Origin: Trypanosoma brucei
Taxonomy: Eukaryota
Length of the DNA stretch: 64,000 bases
Assembly: GCA_000002445.1 (NCBI GenBank)
Contig: CH464491.1
Span: 1,472,001-1,536,000, forward strand
Reading direction: 5' to 3'
Shown: positions 11,570 through 22,016 of the stretch, piece after piece
Position numbering within the stretch: position 1 is the stretch's first letter
Layout of the letters: each line of letters begins with the position of its first letter
Program-made: the position numbers and the translations under genes
The notes under the pieces: generated by a model
Seen by the model: only the letters and a program-made list of their open reading frames with translations
Told to the model about the DNA's origin: nothing
Databases searched by the model: none

Positions 11570-11926
11570 ATGATGCGCCGCCTTGCCCTTCAGTCCTCGC
11601 TCCGTCGCGTCACGCCCGCTGCCGTTTCTGTGATGACTCCTGCAAAAGTTACGAGCCCAATTGGCCACGCTATCGCCATTCGTCAGGCCTCCACTGTGGC
11701 CATATCTGTGCAGGGCCTGCATTACGTCGGTACGGGTCTCGCTGCCATTGCTCTTGCAGGTGTGGGTCTCGGCATCGGAACCATTTTTGGTAACCTGCTG
11801 GTCGCTTGTGCTCGGCAACCCAATTTGACAAAGATGCTCTTTAATTATGCAATTCTTGGTTTCGCGCTCACGGAAGCTATCGGCCTATTCGCACTCATGC
11901 TTGCGTTTCTGATGCTCTTCTCGTAG
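11570..11926 (+). CDS. Mitochondrial F-type ATP synthase subunit c (proteolipid). It is nuclear-encoded and carries a long N-terminal presequence.
   Basis: The C-terminal 75 aa, [70 protein letters not shown], form the canonical subunit-c hairpin with the conserved carboxylate (E in TEAIG). The ORF track start at 11471 is an upstream in-frame ATG lying in a pyrimidine tract. The MMRRLALQ start at 11570 gives a 118-aa precursor. Confidence 0.85.
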   Translation: MMRRLALQSSLRRVTPAAVSVMTPAKVTSPIGHAIAIRQASTVAISVQGLHYVGTGLAAIALAGVGLGIGTIFGNLLVACARQPNLTKMLFNYAILGFALTEAIGLFALMLAFLMLFS

Positions 11927-12694
11927 AGTAGTTAGTTGAAACAACGAGTTGCATGGGAAATGTGCAAAAAAAAAAAGTGGCGGAGGGGGGAGAGGGAGAG
12001 GGAAGTGGAGGTGCTGTTGGTTCTCGTTGGTGCATTTATGGTATTGTAACCAACATCCCCCACCGAGGCTGCCTTTTCTAGTTGTACCGTAATTGAATGA
12101 ATGAATAAATGGGGTCTGCATGCTGAGACGGGAAATTCTTATAAGTTTCACCGCGCCCACCCATGCGCAGCATACTTTTGTGTAATGAAGAATGCCACAA
12201 TGGAATGATTATCAACTGGGGGTGGTGGTGGTTGAAAGGTGAGTAGGAGTAAGAGGTGGAGTAATGAATGCAACAGAGCACACTCACCGTATTACGTTAA
12301 GTGGTGTTTCTGTAGTTTCCGCATAGGATAGGAAAGTAGGGATTTTCTCGCGTTTCTTTTGGTCGTTGGTGGCGTCAAATGGGTGTTACTTCGTTCGGTG
12401 TTGTTTTACGTCCCCATCTTCTTGGGTGTAATGAGTGTCTGCAGCGATAGTATATATTTTCCTGCATCCCTGTATTCATTACAATAATTTCTGGTATCAT
12501 TAGAAAAAAAAATCCTTCTCTTCCCCCATTATCTCTTTCTCGTGCGACCCGTTATTGCATTTGTTGATTTTTATTACAGCTGACAAAGTATTCAAAGCTT
12601 TTACGACAAACTGAGGGTGACTGTGGTGTTAGCAGTTTATACATTTTTTTTTTGACATCAAAACTACTGGCTGTTGTGGTAGACAGGAACAAAT

Positions 12695-13543
12695 ATGGAA
12701 GTTGTTGTAAGTTTTTTAAGTGGATGGGCCGGTGGCATAAGTAACCTGCTCGTCGGTCATCCCTTTGATACCGTAAAAACCTTGATGCAAGGCAACAAAG
12801 GGGAATATAAAAATTCTCTTCATTGCGCGAAACGTATTGTGATGGAGGGAGGACCCTTTGCCCTCTATAAGGGTGTTATTGCTCCAATGACGGGAACAGG
12901 TGTCGTCATGGCTCTTTACTTTGTTGCTTACGACGCCACCGAAACCCTAATCCGTAAACTGAAGGGTGTGGATTCACTCACTCCATTGTCTATGGGTGAA
13001 ATCATGTTGTGTGGCGGCAGTACTGGAGTGCTTGGGTCCCTGGTGCTTGGACCTGCAGAACTCCTGAAAGTTCGACAGCAAACCGCACTAAGCTCCGGTG
13101 CCCGTGGGTCATTGCGTGATGTTATTTTAAATATTTATCGGAAAGAGGGACCATTGGGTTTCACACGTGGGATCGGTGCCACTATGCTGCGTGATGTTCC
13201 TGGAAGTATGGCCTGGTTTGGGGCCTATGAATACACAAAGTTGCTGTTGTGTAAAAACCCAAAGGATCCTTCTGTAGGTGAGGCACTTTTTGCCGGTGGG
13301 ATGGGAGGTATAGCCGTATGGTCCTTCTCACTTCCTCTCGATTGCATTAAGACACGAGTGCAGGCAAGCCCTGTACCCCTCACTCCAGTGGTTGCATTTC
13401 GTGCTATTTTGAGTGAGCACGGAATCAAGGGATTCTATCGAGGCATCGGTCCAGCATTACTTCGTGCGTTTCCTGCAAATGCTGCCTGTTTCGCAGCCCG
13501 TGATAAAACGAAGTCCACACTAAACAATCTCTGTGGGATGTAG
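12695..13543 (+). CDS. Mitochondrial carrier family protein (SLC25; carnitine/acylcarnitine- or ornithine-carrier-like)
   Basis: Three tandem Px[D/E]xx[K/R] signature repeats: PFDTVKTLMQ, PAELLKVRQQ and PLDCIKTRVQ. About 282 aa with six predicted TM helices. Confidence 0.85.
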   Translation: MEVVVSFLSGWAGGISNLLVGHPFDTVKTLMQGNKGEYKNSLHCAKRIVMEGGPFALYKGVIAPMTGTGVVMALYFVAYDATETLIRKLKGVDSLTPLSMGEIMLCGGSTGVLGSLVLGPAELLKVRQQTALSSGARGSLRDVILNIYRKEGPLGFTRGIGATMLRDVPGSMAWFGAYEYTKLLLCKNPKDPSVGEALFAGGMGGIAVWSFSLPLDCIKTRVQASPVPLTPVVAFRAILSEHGIKGFYRGIGPALLRAFPANAACFAARDKTKSTLNNLCGM

Positions 13544-13736
13544 CGTATTCCTGATGATGGTGGAATGTGGACCCCGCTATTTTTAACGGTTATTTATATA
13601 TGTGTCGTGCCGTGAAAGCGTGATGTGAATTGTCGAATCACGCTGACAGTTTGGCAGGCAAAAGCACTTTGCATTGTCACGTCACGTGTAGGGTTTCAGT
13701 TCATCATCTATATTTTGTTCTTTCAATTTTTTTTTT

Positions 13737-13915
13737 CGTCATCTACCGTCCCGTTTCCACTTTCCTTTCCAATTGTCAGTGTTTTCTCCCTCTCCCTGTT
13801 ACCGTTGTCCACGGTTTCGGTGCTGGATTTCGGTGATGTAGTGCACTTGATTCCTCATTGCATTCACCCCTCCCCCTTTCCCCGCCTTCCTCTCTCTCTC
13901 TCACACACTCACATG
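13737..13915 (+). promoter_or_regulatory. Extended CT-rich tract in the mitochondrial-carrier/kinesin-13 intergenic region; candidate polyadenylation/trans-splicing coupling element
   Basis: ttttctccctctccctgttaccgttgtcc ... cccctccccctttccccgccttcctctctctctctc. Confidence 0.4.
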
Positions 13916-14470
13916 CACATACCATCATTTTTCATAACCCTCAATCAAAAAAAAAAAAAATAATAATAATCTTTTTTCCTCATTGGTCAATTTCTACCCT
14001 TGTGTTTAGATTGTTGAAGAACCCTCTGTACTTACTTCACTGCGTAGCAACAATGTTTTCTTGCAAGAGGTATTTGGTGTGTTTTTGTTGTTCGTGGGGA
14101 GGGGGAGGGGGGCACAGGTGCTCCACACCCTTTAATTTTTTTCCTGCTACTCATTTTTTTTGAATTTAAAGAACAACAGCAAAAACAACAACAACAAAAC
14201 AAACAAACAAACTTTAAAGCTACCGGGTGACAAGCAATATCGGGGTGTTAGGCACAAAAAAAAACATTATACTTTTTCTCTTCTATACCCATCGCTCCCC
14301 CCTTTTTTTGTGGGAACAACGTGCCTCTGCGTGCGAGTGAAAGTTTGTTTTACTTGATTCTTTCTTTCTTGGAACCAAAAGTGGGTATAACAGAATACAG
14401 GTCCACGAATAGGACGCACACCTAAAGCGTATTTTAACTGATAAGAAAAGGAGACTATTTGCATTACCGG

Positions 14471-16171
14471 ATGAATAATAGCCGCATTTGCGTTGCGGTG
14501 CGTAAACGCCCAATAGTTGATGTGGACAAGGATATTGTTGTGGCGCAGTCCCCGCATTTGGTTGTTAATGAACCAAAAGTGAAGTATGATCTGACGCCAT
14601 ACACGGAGCGGCATCAGTTCACCTATGACTGTGTACTGGATGAGAATTCCAACAACGCACTAGTGTATCAGCACTGCTGCTCAAAGCTCATTGATACTAT
14701 ATTTAACCAAGGTAACGCTACGTGTTTTGCATACGGTCAGACTGGCAGCGGCAAAACACACACTATGCTGGGTAATGATCACGAGGCAGGTCTCTACGCT
14801 ATTGCCGCAAAGGAGATATTTGCACGATCTGCCCCACTGAATTCTGACGTTTATGTTTCATTTTACGAGATTTACGGTCGGAAGATATTTGACCTTCTGA
14901 ACAACAAAGAAAAGTTAGTTGCCCGTGAGGACGCGGACAAGGTCATAAACATATGTGGGTTAACGGAACACAAGGTAACAGACATTCAGGGGCTTTTTGA
15001 CATCATTTCACGTGGAAGTACTTACCGTGCGGCTGGCCAAACAAGCGCTAACAACGAGAGTAGCCGGTCACATGCCGTACTACAGATAGAGGTACGTGAC
15101 CCTAATAATCGACGTGGTAAATCTATTGGGCGTATATCTTTTATTGACTTGGCTGGAAATGAGCGAGGAGCGGATACCTTTGACTGCGACCGCAAGACGC
15201 GTATGGAGGGAGCGGAGATCAACAAGTCTCTCCTTGCCTTAAAAGAATGTATTAGGGCATTGGGAATGGGCAAGTCGCACGTTCCATTTCGTGGCTCTAT
15301 TCTCACAGAGGTGCTGCGGGACTCATTTGTTGGTAATAGCCGTACAACAATGATCGCAACCATTTCTCCCACGTCAACTCACTGCGTGAACACCCTCAAC
15401 ACACTTCGGTACACTCAACGTGTAAAGGATCTCGGTGGTGAGGCAAAAGCAGCGCCGAATGAAAAGGCAGAGCGCCGTCCCGTGAGGAGATCGAAACTAT
15501 TCGAGGCACCGCCACCTCTCAAGGCTCGCCCAGAATGGGTTGACAACTTTAGCGCTAACGATGAGGAGCGCGGCGCGGAAGAGGAGGCTAACAGCCAAGC
15601 TGATGTCTCGAAAGCACCACCAAAACCTCGTGCCAATAAAATGGTCGGTAGCGGAGCAACTGGAGGCGGGGCACCGTCGGCTGGCGGCGCCAACAGGGGT
15701 CGGCCACCAAAGCGTGAGGTGGTTGTAAGGGACCCGAAGATCGCAACGATTGTTCAAAATCACATCTCAGCTCTTGATGATGATAGTGATGAAACTGATG
15801 AGGATGAAGAAGAGGCGCCAGCAGCAGGTGCTGTGCTAGATGCCTTGGCCAAGAGTGAAGAGAAGCAGGTGCGCAAAGTTCATGCCCATGTTGTGGAAGA
15901 AATCGCCAAAGCAGAAGAGAAACTGGTGGCTCTGCACCGTCGACACATTGACGCTAAAATGACAGGCATTAAGGATGAGATACGTGCCATCCAGGCTTTT
16001 GAAGAGTCTGACTCTGTAGATGAGTACGTGGGTCGTGTTCGCACTCTGCTGGTGAAGCAAAAGCAAGATGTGGAAACAATTCTTGATTTGCTTAACGGTA
16101 TCACTGGCATGCTCCGTGAGGAAGAAGAACTTTCTTGCACCCTGAACTCTTCCATGAAGAGACGCAATTAA
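14471..16171 (+). CDS. Kinesin-13 family motor protein (MCAK-like microtubule depolymerase)
   Basis: ICVAVRKRP (kinesin-13 neck/start of motor). P-loop FAYGQTGSGKTHTM. Switch I SSRSHAVLQIEV. Switch II FIDLAGNERGADT. The track ORF start 14459 is TTG, so the first ATG at 14471 is used. Confidence 0.88.
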   Translation: MNNSRICVAVRKRPIVDVDKDIVVAQSPHLVVNEPKVKYDLTPYTERHQFTYDCVLDENSNNALVYQHCCSKLIDTIFNQGNATCFAYGQTGSGKTHTMLGNDHEAGLYAIAAKEIFARSAPLNSDVYVSFYEIYGRKIFDLLNNKEKLVAREDADKVINICGLTEHKVTDIQGLFDIISRGSTYRAAGQTSANNESSRSHAVLQIEVRDPNNRRGKSIGRISFIDLAGNERGADTFDCDRKTRMEGAEINKSLLALKECIRALGMGKSHVPFRGSILTEVLRDSFVGNSRTTMIATISPTSTHCVNTLNTLRYTQRVKDLGGEAKAAPNEKAERRPVRRSKLFEAPPPLKARPEWVDNFSANDEERGAEEEANSQADVSKAPPKPRANKMVGSGATGGGAPSAGGANRGRPPKREVVVRDPKIATIVQNHISALDDDSDETDEDEEEAPAAGAVLDALAKSEEKQVRKVHAHVVEEIAKAEEKLVALHRRHIDAKMTGIKDEIRAIQAFEESDSVDEYVGRVRTLLVKQKQDVETILDLLNGITGMLREEEELSCTLNSSMKRRN

Positions 16172-17850
16172 ATTTTCGAGCTTTCTTCAATTTCAATGCT
16201 CTCAGTTGAAAGGTAAATATATATGTTTATACATATATAAAGGGGTATAGAAGTTGCCCCTAGAGGTGGCGAACGGTTGGTATTTTATTGGGGGTGGGGC
16301 GTGTGGTTCTTTTGTTTTTTTCTCTCCCCCTTCTTAAGTTTCATTCTTTTTCTCTTACGTTCTATTTTCGAAAAAAAAAACCTCTCGGAGCTTCATTAAT
16401 GTTATTGTTATTTCGTTTCACATATTCTGGAGTTCTGACTTTTTAAAGTTTTCCCGCCGGGAAGTACGGCATCCGACGTTTAACGCAGGATGACGTGTTT
16501 TACTATGATGAGAGAAGAGAAGGTTGCCCAATTCCTCTTCCAAGGGAAATAAGGAAACAGAGAGGCAAAAGGGGGAGATAAATGCATACAACCATTTATT
16601 ATTGAACGTGAAGGGGTAGAGTGCGAAATTGTTACCTCCCTGTGTGGTGCGTATCTTTCGATATCTTGAAGTAATGATGCCGTTCGCGCACGCTCACATC
16701 GTTCACGAAAATGCAATCAATCAATACATTCACATCGACACCCACGTAGCGATAGGAATGACAGCGGGCGGGGGAGAGTAAAAAGAAATATATTGAACTG
16801 AATTAAATGGAAGGAAAAGAATGACGGAAAACAAAAAGAAGGAACGGGAGAGATATTAGTGCGAGTTAGTTGGGTGTTAGTCATGTTGAAAAGTGAAGAA
16901 GAGTATGGTTGACGGAGGAGGAGGAGGTTGGAGGGTGGAGGAAGTAAAAAAGGATATGGATGTTGCGATTTGATGTTTTCGTTTCTTCCTTATATTTTTG
17001 TGCACCTACTCGAGTGCGCGTGAAGCCACGAGTAGCGTGTTGGGCGAAGGAAAGAAGGGAGGAGGCAAATACGAAGGGAGTACGTTAGTATATGAAGAGA
17101 AGGAAGTGGGTTTGTAAATGCATGGATCACTAATGTTTGACGATAAGGTCCCTTGTTCTGCCCATTTTATTGTCCTATATTTATTGACTTGCTTTCCCTT
17201 TCTTTTGCGTTCGTTTTAGAGCCAAACCCACTGACTTCTGTCCCTACTAAATTGGATCGTTACACTTCTTCCTGGACGCAATGGACACGCATTTCAATGT
17301 TACACAACGTTTTTATTTTGTTTGTCGTTTTAGTAACACCGTCCTTCACTTTCCCGTACTTAGCACTGGTGTAGCCAGTGTTGGATATCTACTGTCGCGC
17401 GGGACACGATTGCACGTGTTTGGCTTCCCTTTTCCTCCAGATCGGTACCCCTCTTTTACGTAATTATTCCTCCTCCCCCTTCCCTCTTCTCGTGGTTCAC
17501 ATGACTTCCGAGTTCGATGCCATTTCGTCTCAACACGGACTGCTGCGATTGACTGTTGCATCTGTTATCGCTTCCACCGTCGCTGTTCCCTGTTAACGCA
17601 AACCTGTAAATACCTTACATTATCACTTCTTTTTATTTTTTTAATTACCGTCCTTTTCCTTCTCTCCCTTCGTTTTTCTACTGTATGGTCCCTATTCGAT
17701 TACGACTGCTGACTGAACGGAAGCTACGCTTTGTGTAGGGTTGGTTGAGGCAAACCTGCCACCGAGCGCGGTGTGTTGTGTTGCTCACTTACCTAGGGAA
17801 GGGACTGCAAGGTGAACACCAAGGGCGTTTGCGTTTGAGGGAGAGATAAT

Positions 17851-19821
17851 ATGCCTCTCTGCTGTTGTAAAGATGAAAACAACAGTACTGTTGATAAGAT
17901 ACCGGACACCATTGAAACAGGTGAAGTGGTGCTGAAGCGTTGTGCCCCTCCGGTGCTTACGCGTGATGATTTTGTCGAGGTTCAAGTACATGTCAATGTG
18001 TATAGTCTTCTGAAGCGAAATGGCTGCTTTAAGAAAATAGGTATGGGAGTATTTCACTGCGGTATCGTTGTCTACGGAATCGAGTGGGGTTACGGTGAGT
18101 GTATGGATCCCAACACTGCATCAGGTCTTTTTTGCGTCTGTCCCGGTCATGCAGCTGGGTCGCTGTATCGCACTATATGTCTAGGCGTCACTACCCGCTC
18201 CCCAGAGCAGGTGGACACAATTCTTCACAGACTAGAGAATGAGTGGCGCAGTGCGGACTATCACATCCTTGCTCACAACTGCAACCACTTTGCACAACGT
18301 TTCTGCGACATGCTTTCTACTGTGCAAAAGTTACAGTTACCTGCATGGTGCAATCGTGCGGCACGTGTGTGCAACAAGGTCGTACCGCGACGACTAGCTT
18401 CATATATTCATCGTATGATGGACGAGCCCCCTCCTAAAGCGACACCTGCAGCACCGTCACGCGTAAGGGAACTTCCAACCTCGGTCATACCACCATTATG
18501 GTATAATTATTACTGTGTTTCGAAAAACCCACGGTACGTTACACTACAAAACACGGAGTCGGAGAGGCTGTTCTTCATGCGAGAGAACGGAGATACACCG
18601 CAAGACAAAAAACGATTTGGCGTACAACAGCCTCGTGTGCCTAAGACGAGGGCAGCCGTTCCCAAAATATCCATCGTGCGACGAGGTGGTGTCGGCGTAG
18701 CAGAATGGAGCACGCTTCGTGAAGGTAGTGCCCCACCACCAGCTCCCAAACGGCGTGGTACAAACGTTACGGACAGTCTTGCTATGAAAGATAAAAGTAA
18801 CGGAGTCTGCAACGGTGAGTCTTCTTCTGCTTCAGATAGTGAACCTTCAGGGGTTCTAGATAAACACTCGACGTCTGTAAGGGTTGTTGATTCCCTACGG
18901 TATATTCGTGGTGGAAGTGTGTCTGGTGCGAACACGGATCGTAGAGCGCCAAGTGGCTCGTCGAAGGAGACCCCAGGAGACCGAATCGATCCAGAAGAGA
19001 GCGATGATGAAGATGATGCATTGTATAGCTCCGAGGATGGGGCGACCATAAGGATAGAAAGAAAGCTCGAAACAGGAAGTTCTCGTACAGATACATCAAG
19101 TACACCAACGGATGAGCATCGCGCTTTCGAAGGGGGTGTTGTTCTCCCCAATGGCGTGTTAGCCTCAGACTTCTCATCTGCGGAGGCTTCTCTAAACGAT
19201 GCACGTGAGTGTAGGGAGGGCTTTAATGGAGCGGAGCAACTCATGAGAAGCAACGACACCGTCAGCCACGTGATTCATGTGCATCATGGTAAAATACTTA
19301 GGAGTGTCGACCAGAGTCAAACACGGGATTCTGCAGGTGAGACATCATTCGTTGACTCATCAAGAGGCGTTACAGCAATGAAGACGATTGCACCGTCACT
19401 GACAGTCACATCCACATCTCAAGCATATGGTTCAGGAGATCGTACACGCAACGAAATATCTCGGAGTAGTATTGGCATGCATGGCAGCAGTTGTGGTCTC
19501 GGAGACCTCTCGTTGCCATCAACCAGACGATGTGGAGAAGGCAGTGATTTACCTGATGGCGGGGTTGTAGGTTTTTCTTCTGCACCCGCGAGTCGGGCAA
19601 TGTGTAGTGATAGCGTGACAGTGGAGTTGCAGCATGAGGAGAATGGCGATTTGTATAGTGATCCTGGAGGTGGGAGGATTGCAGGGGTTGATAGCTCGCT
19701 ATTTCACACATCGGTATCGTCGACAAAAGGAGGTTCCCTCTCAAATAACTTACCAAATCCGCTCCTAGCACTAAATAAGAGACTTGGACCTCATATGAGA
19801 ACTTACTCTTCGCCATTCTAA
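17851..19821 (+). CDS. PPPDE/DeSI-type putative (de)SUMOylating or deubiquitinating peptidase with a long disordered Ser-rich C-terminal extension
   Basis: PPPDE motifs VFHCGIVVYGIEWGYGE (His region) and YHILAHNCNHFAQRFCDML (catalytic Cys). The C-terminal 400 aa are S/T/G-rich and low-complexity. Confidence 0.8.
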   Translation: MPLCCCKDENNSTVDKIPDTIETGEVVLKRCAPPVLTRDDFVEVQVHVNVYSLLKRNGCFKKIGMGVFHCGIVVYGIEWGYGECMDPNTASGLFCVCPGHAAGSLYRTICLGVTTRSPEQVDTILHRLENEWRSADYHILAHNCNHFAQRFCDMLSTVQKLQLPAWCNRAARVCNKVVPRRLASYIHRMMDEPPPKATPAAPSRVRELPTSVIPPLWYNYYCVSKNPRYVTLQNTESERLFFMRENGDTPQDKKRFGVQQPRVPKTRAAVPKISIVRRGGVGVAEWSTLREGSAPPPAPKRRGTNVTDSLAMKDKSNGVCNGESSSASDSEPSGVLDKHSTSVRVVDSLRYIRGGSVSGANTDRRAPSGSSKETPGDRIDPEESDDEDDALYSSEDGATIRIERKLETGSSRTDTSSTPTDEHRAFEGGVVLPNGVLASDFSSAEASLNDARECREGFNGAEQLMRSNDTVSHVIHVHHGKILRSVDQSQTRDSAGETSFVDSSRGVTAMKTIAPSLTVTSTSQAYGSGDRTRNEISRSSIGMHGSSCGLGDLSLPSTRRCGEGSDLPDGGVVGFSSAPASRAMCSDSVTVELQHEENGDLYSDPGGGRIAGVDSSLFHTSVSSTKGGSLSNNLPNPLLALNKRLGPHMRTYSSPF

Positions 19822-21653
19822 TGGGGTACAGCAGCATTCTTCCTTTTCTTCCCATCCTTCTTTAGTCCTCCATGATGCATGTACCTTCTCGCTCCTGTTA
19901 TATGCTAAATTTCCCAACCCCCAACCCCCTACCCCCACCTCCACACTCCTGTAGAGTATTGCTGTACTGCATGGAAAGCTTCCACTGCTGTGGTGTCCAC
20001 GGCAATTTTTTTTTGTTTTTGTTTTTTCTTTTCTCTCTTCCTATTGCTTGTGTTTCTTTTCACACGATTGGGTATGATTATTGTGTTTTGTATCGGCTCC
20101 GTTGATATCACATCTCTCAGTAGGTATTATATCCACGTTGAGTAGGTCTGGAATGTGGGGCAGAGATGATTTGTTGCGACTGATATTCGTCGAGGGAAGA
20201 TGGAGGGAAAGGTTGGAAAAAAAAATGTGTAATAAATATGTGTTTCTGTGCGTAATTTAGATGAGTATTGAATGTTAGTCGTTTATTCTGTGCGCTGGTT
20301 TGCCTTCTGTAGTGAATCCGTTTCTTTTACATTTTTCGTGTAAATAAATATATATATATATATTTGTATACACGTGGGTTAGTTATTTTGCCTTATTGTT
20401 GGCGGATGGCTGCAGTAGTGTGATCCGAAAGGAGATTGAGGAAACAAGACACTCACCAAAACCTCGTCCTTTTCACCATACAAGGATAAAAACATTTTTT
20501 TTTTTACCAACGTGCTTGCATGAACAAACAGCAGAAAAAAAAAAAGATGTATTTGTCGATTTCGTGTGCATGTTGATGCGTGCTTCTTTATGTAACGCAG
20601 AAAAATTTCCATCGTTGAGGTACTTGTATGGTTTCTGAATTTTCTTTAAAGATGTGGGGGTTTGTTTAATCGCCAATGGGGGAGCAATTATTCCTTACCA
20701 TGCCGCACGGCTCCATTTTTTTCTTTTTCTCACCGCTATCATGCCTCATTTTGTGACCTTCTTTTGATTTCTTTTTTGTTGTTGCTGTTCTTCTTTGAAC
20801 CACTTGCCGAGAGAAAAAAAAATGAAGTGTAACTCTATAATGAAGCCTTCCCCCCACACACTTTTTTTGAAGGGGGTTGAAAGAAGGGAGGGTGGGAGTC
20901 GGAGGAGAGTACATTTGGGAACGAAGATCAGGAGTTTGGAAAGATTTACCTTTAAATGAGATGTCTTTGGGCGTGAAGCGTGTAATTATACCTGTTTAGA
21001 AATAAATATGAGTCAGTATGTGTGCCGCTGCGTATTCATTATGTTCTTTCCTTATTCATGAGTCTGCCAAAGCTGGAGAGAGGGCTAAAGTATAATAGAG
21101 CAAAATAAATGAGTAGAGAAGAAAGCAATCAATAATGGCAAATGGTTAGTAATTTATGCAGACAGAGACACACAAACAGCAAATGTACTTTCATACCCCT
21201 GTGGCACTGCTTGAGATTCAACGTTTCGCTTGAGATTTAGCCAACTTTTGATGTTTGTTTGTTTGTTTGGTTGGTTGATTGTTCTTTTCCCTTTTTTTTC
21301 TTATTTTTCCCGTTGTAAAGCCTTTGGGTTTGGCCGCGTTTAATACGCGGGGCATAGTCAAGGGGAGGCTCTTTTTTTGTCTGTGCAATGCGTTTGTGTG
21401 TGTTTGTGTGTGGAAGTGTGTGGAAGTGTAGCGCAATGAGATTCTCAATGCCTTTTATGAGAATGGATAGGCGGCCGTTTCCAAATATCCTCGTCGTCCA
21501 GCCCCCAGTTATGAGTTCCCATGTATTGGAAGTAACTCTTAATTTCTTTTTGTTATCACTGTTTTTTTCTTTTTCTTTTTCTTTTTTTGTGATGGGGAAA
21601 GTGCAGCTGCAAAACAAGGAGAAAAGAAATAAGAGATATTGTTTGTTGATAGC

Positions 21654-21665
21654 GGGGGGGGGGGG
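21654..21665. repeat. G12 homopolymer
   Basis: agcgggggggggggggaaag read directly. Confidence 0.9.
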
Positions 21666-21879
21666 AAAGAAAGTGGAATTACGGGTATTTTTTTCCACTG
21701 TTTCTTACTGTGGAAGAAGAGGTTAGATGGAGGAAGGATGAGTTGAAGATGCCGTCAGAGGGAATGTACGTTTTTGATATATAAATAATGAGGTATTACA
21801 AATGCCTGTGAGCCTCTTTGAAATGACTTATTATTCCCTCTTGGATCCCAAGCATTGTGAATGTTTTTTTTTTTTAATT

Positions 21880-21995
21880 TGCAGTTGCACGTCTCCAATT
21901 TTTTCGATGCGTCGCCGCAGCTTGCACCGTCTTTTTTTTTTCTGATGTTTTAACCGCAAAACCTTTTTGTCTTTTTTAGCGTTAGCTATACACAA
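21880..21995 (+). promoter_or_regulatory. Poly-pyrimidine tract upstream of the CDS at 22017; candidate splice-acceptor region
   Basis: ccaattttttcgatgcgtcgccgcagcttgcaccgtcttttttttttctgatgttttaaccgcaaaacctttttgtcttttttag. Confidence 0.45.
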
Positions 21996-22016
21996 CTGCC
22001 TGCGAAGTCAGTCCCC

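Noticed and set aside
11449-11793. 114-aa Cys/His/Arg-rich ORF overlapping the ATP synthase c gene in another frame
   Set aside because: It is an alternate-frame artefact of a strongly conserved gene.
18510-19259. 249-aa minus-strand ORF
   Set aside because: It is antisense to the Ser-rich tail of the PPPDE gene; it is low-complexity and has no motif.
21388-21726. 112-aa + strand ORF in the long spacer
   Set aside because: It spans G12 and poly-T tracts, the predicted product is low-complexity, and there is no motif. It is not supported as a gene.
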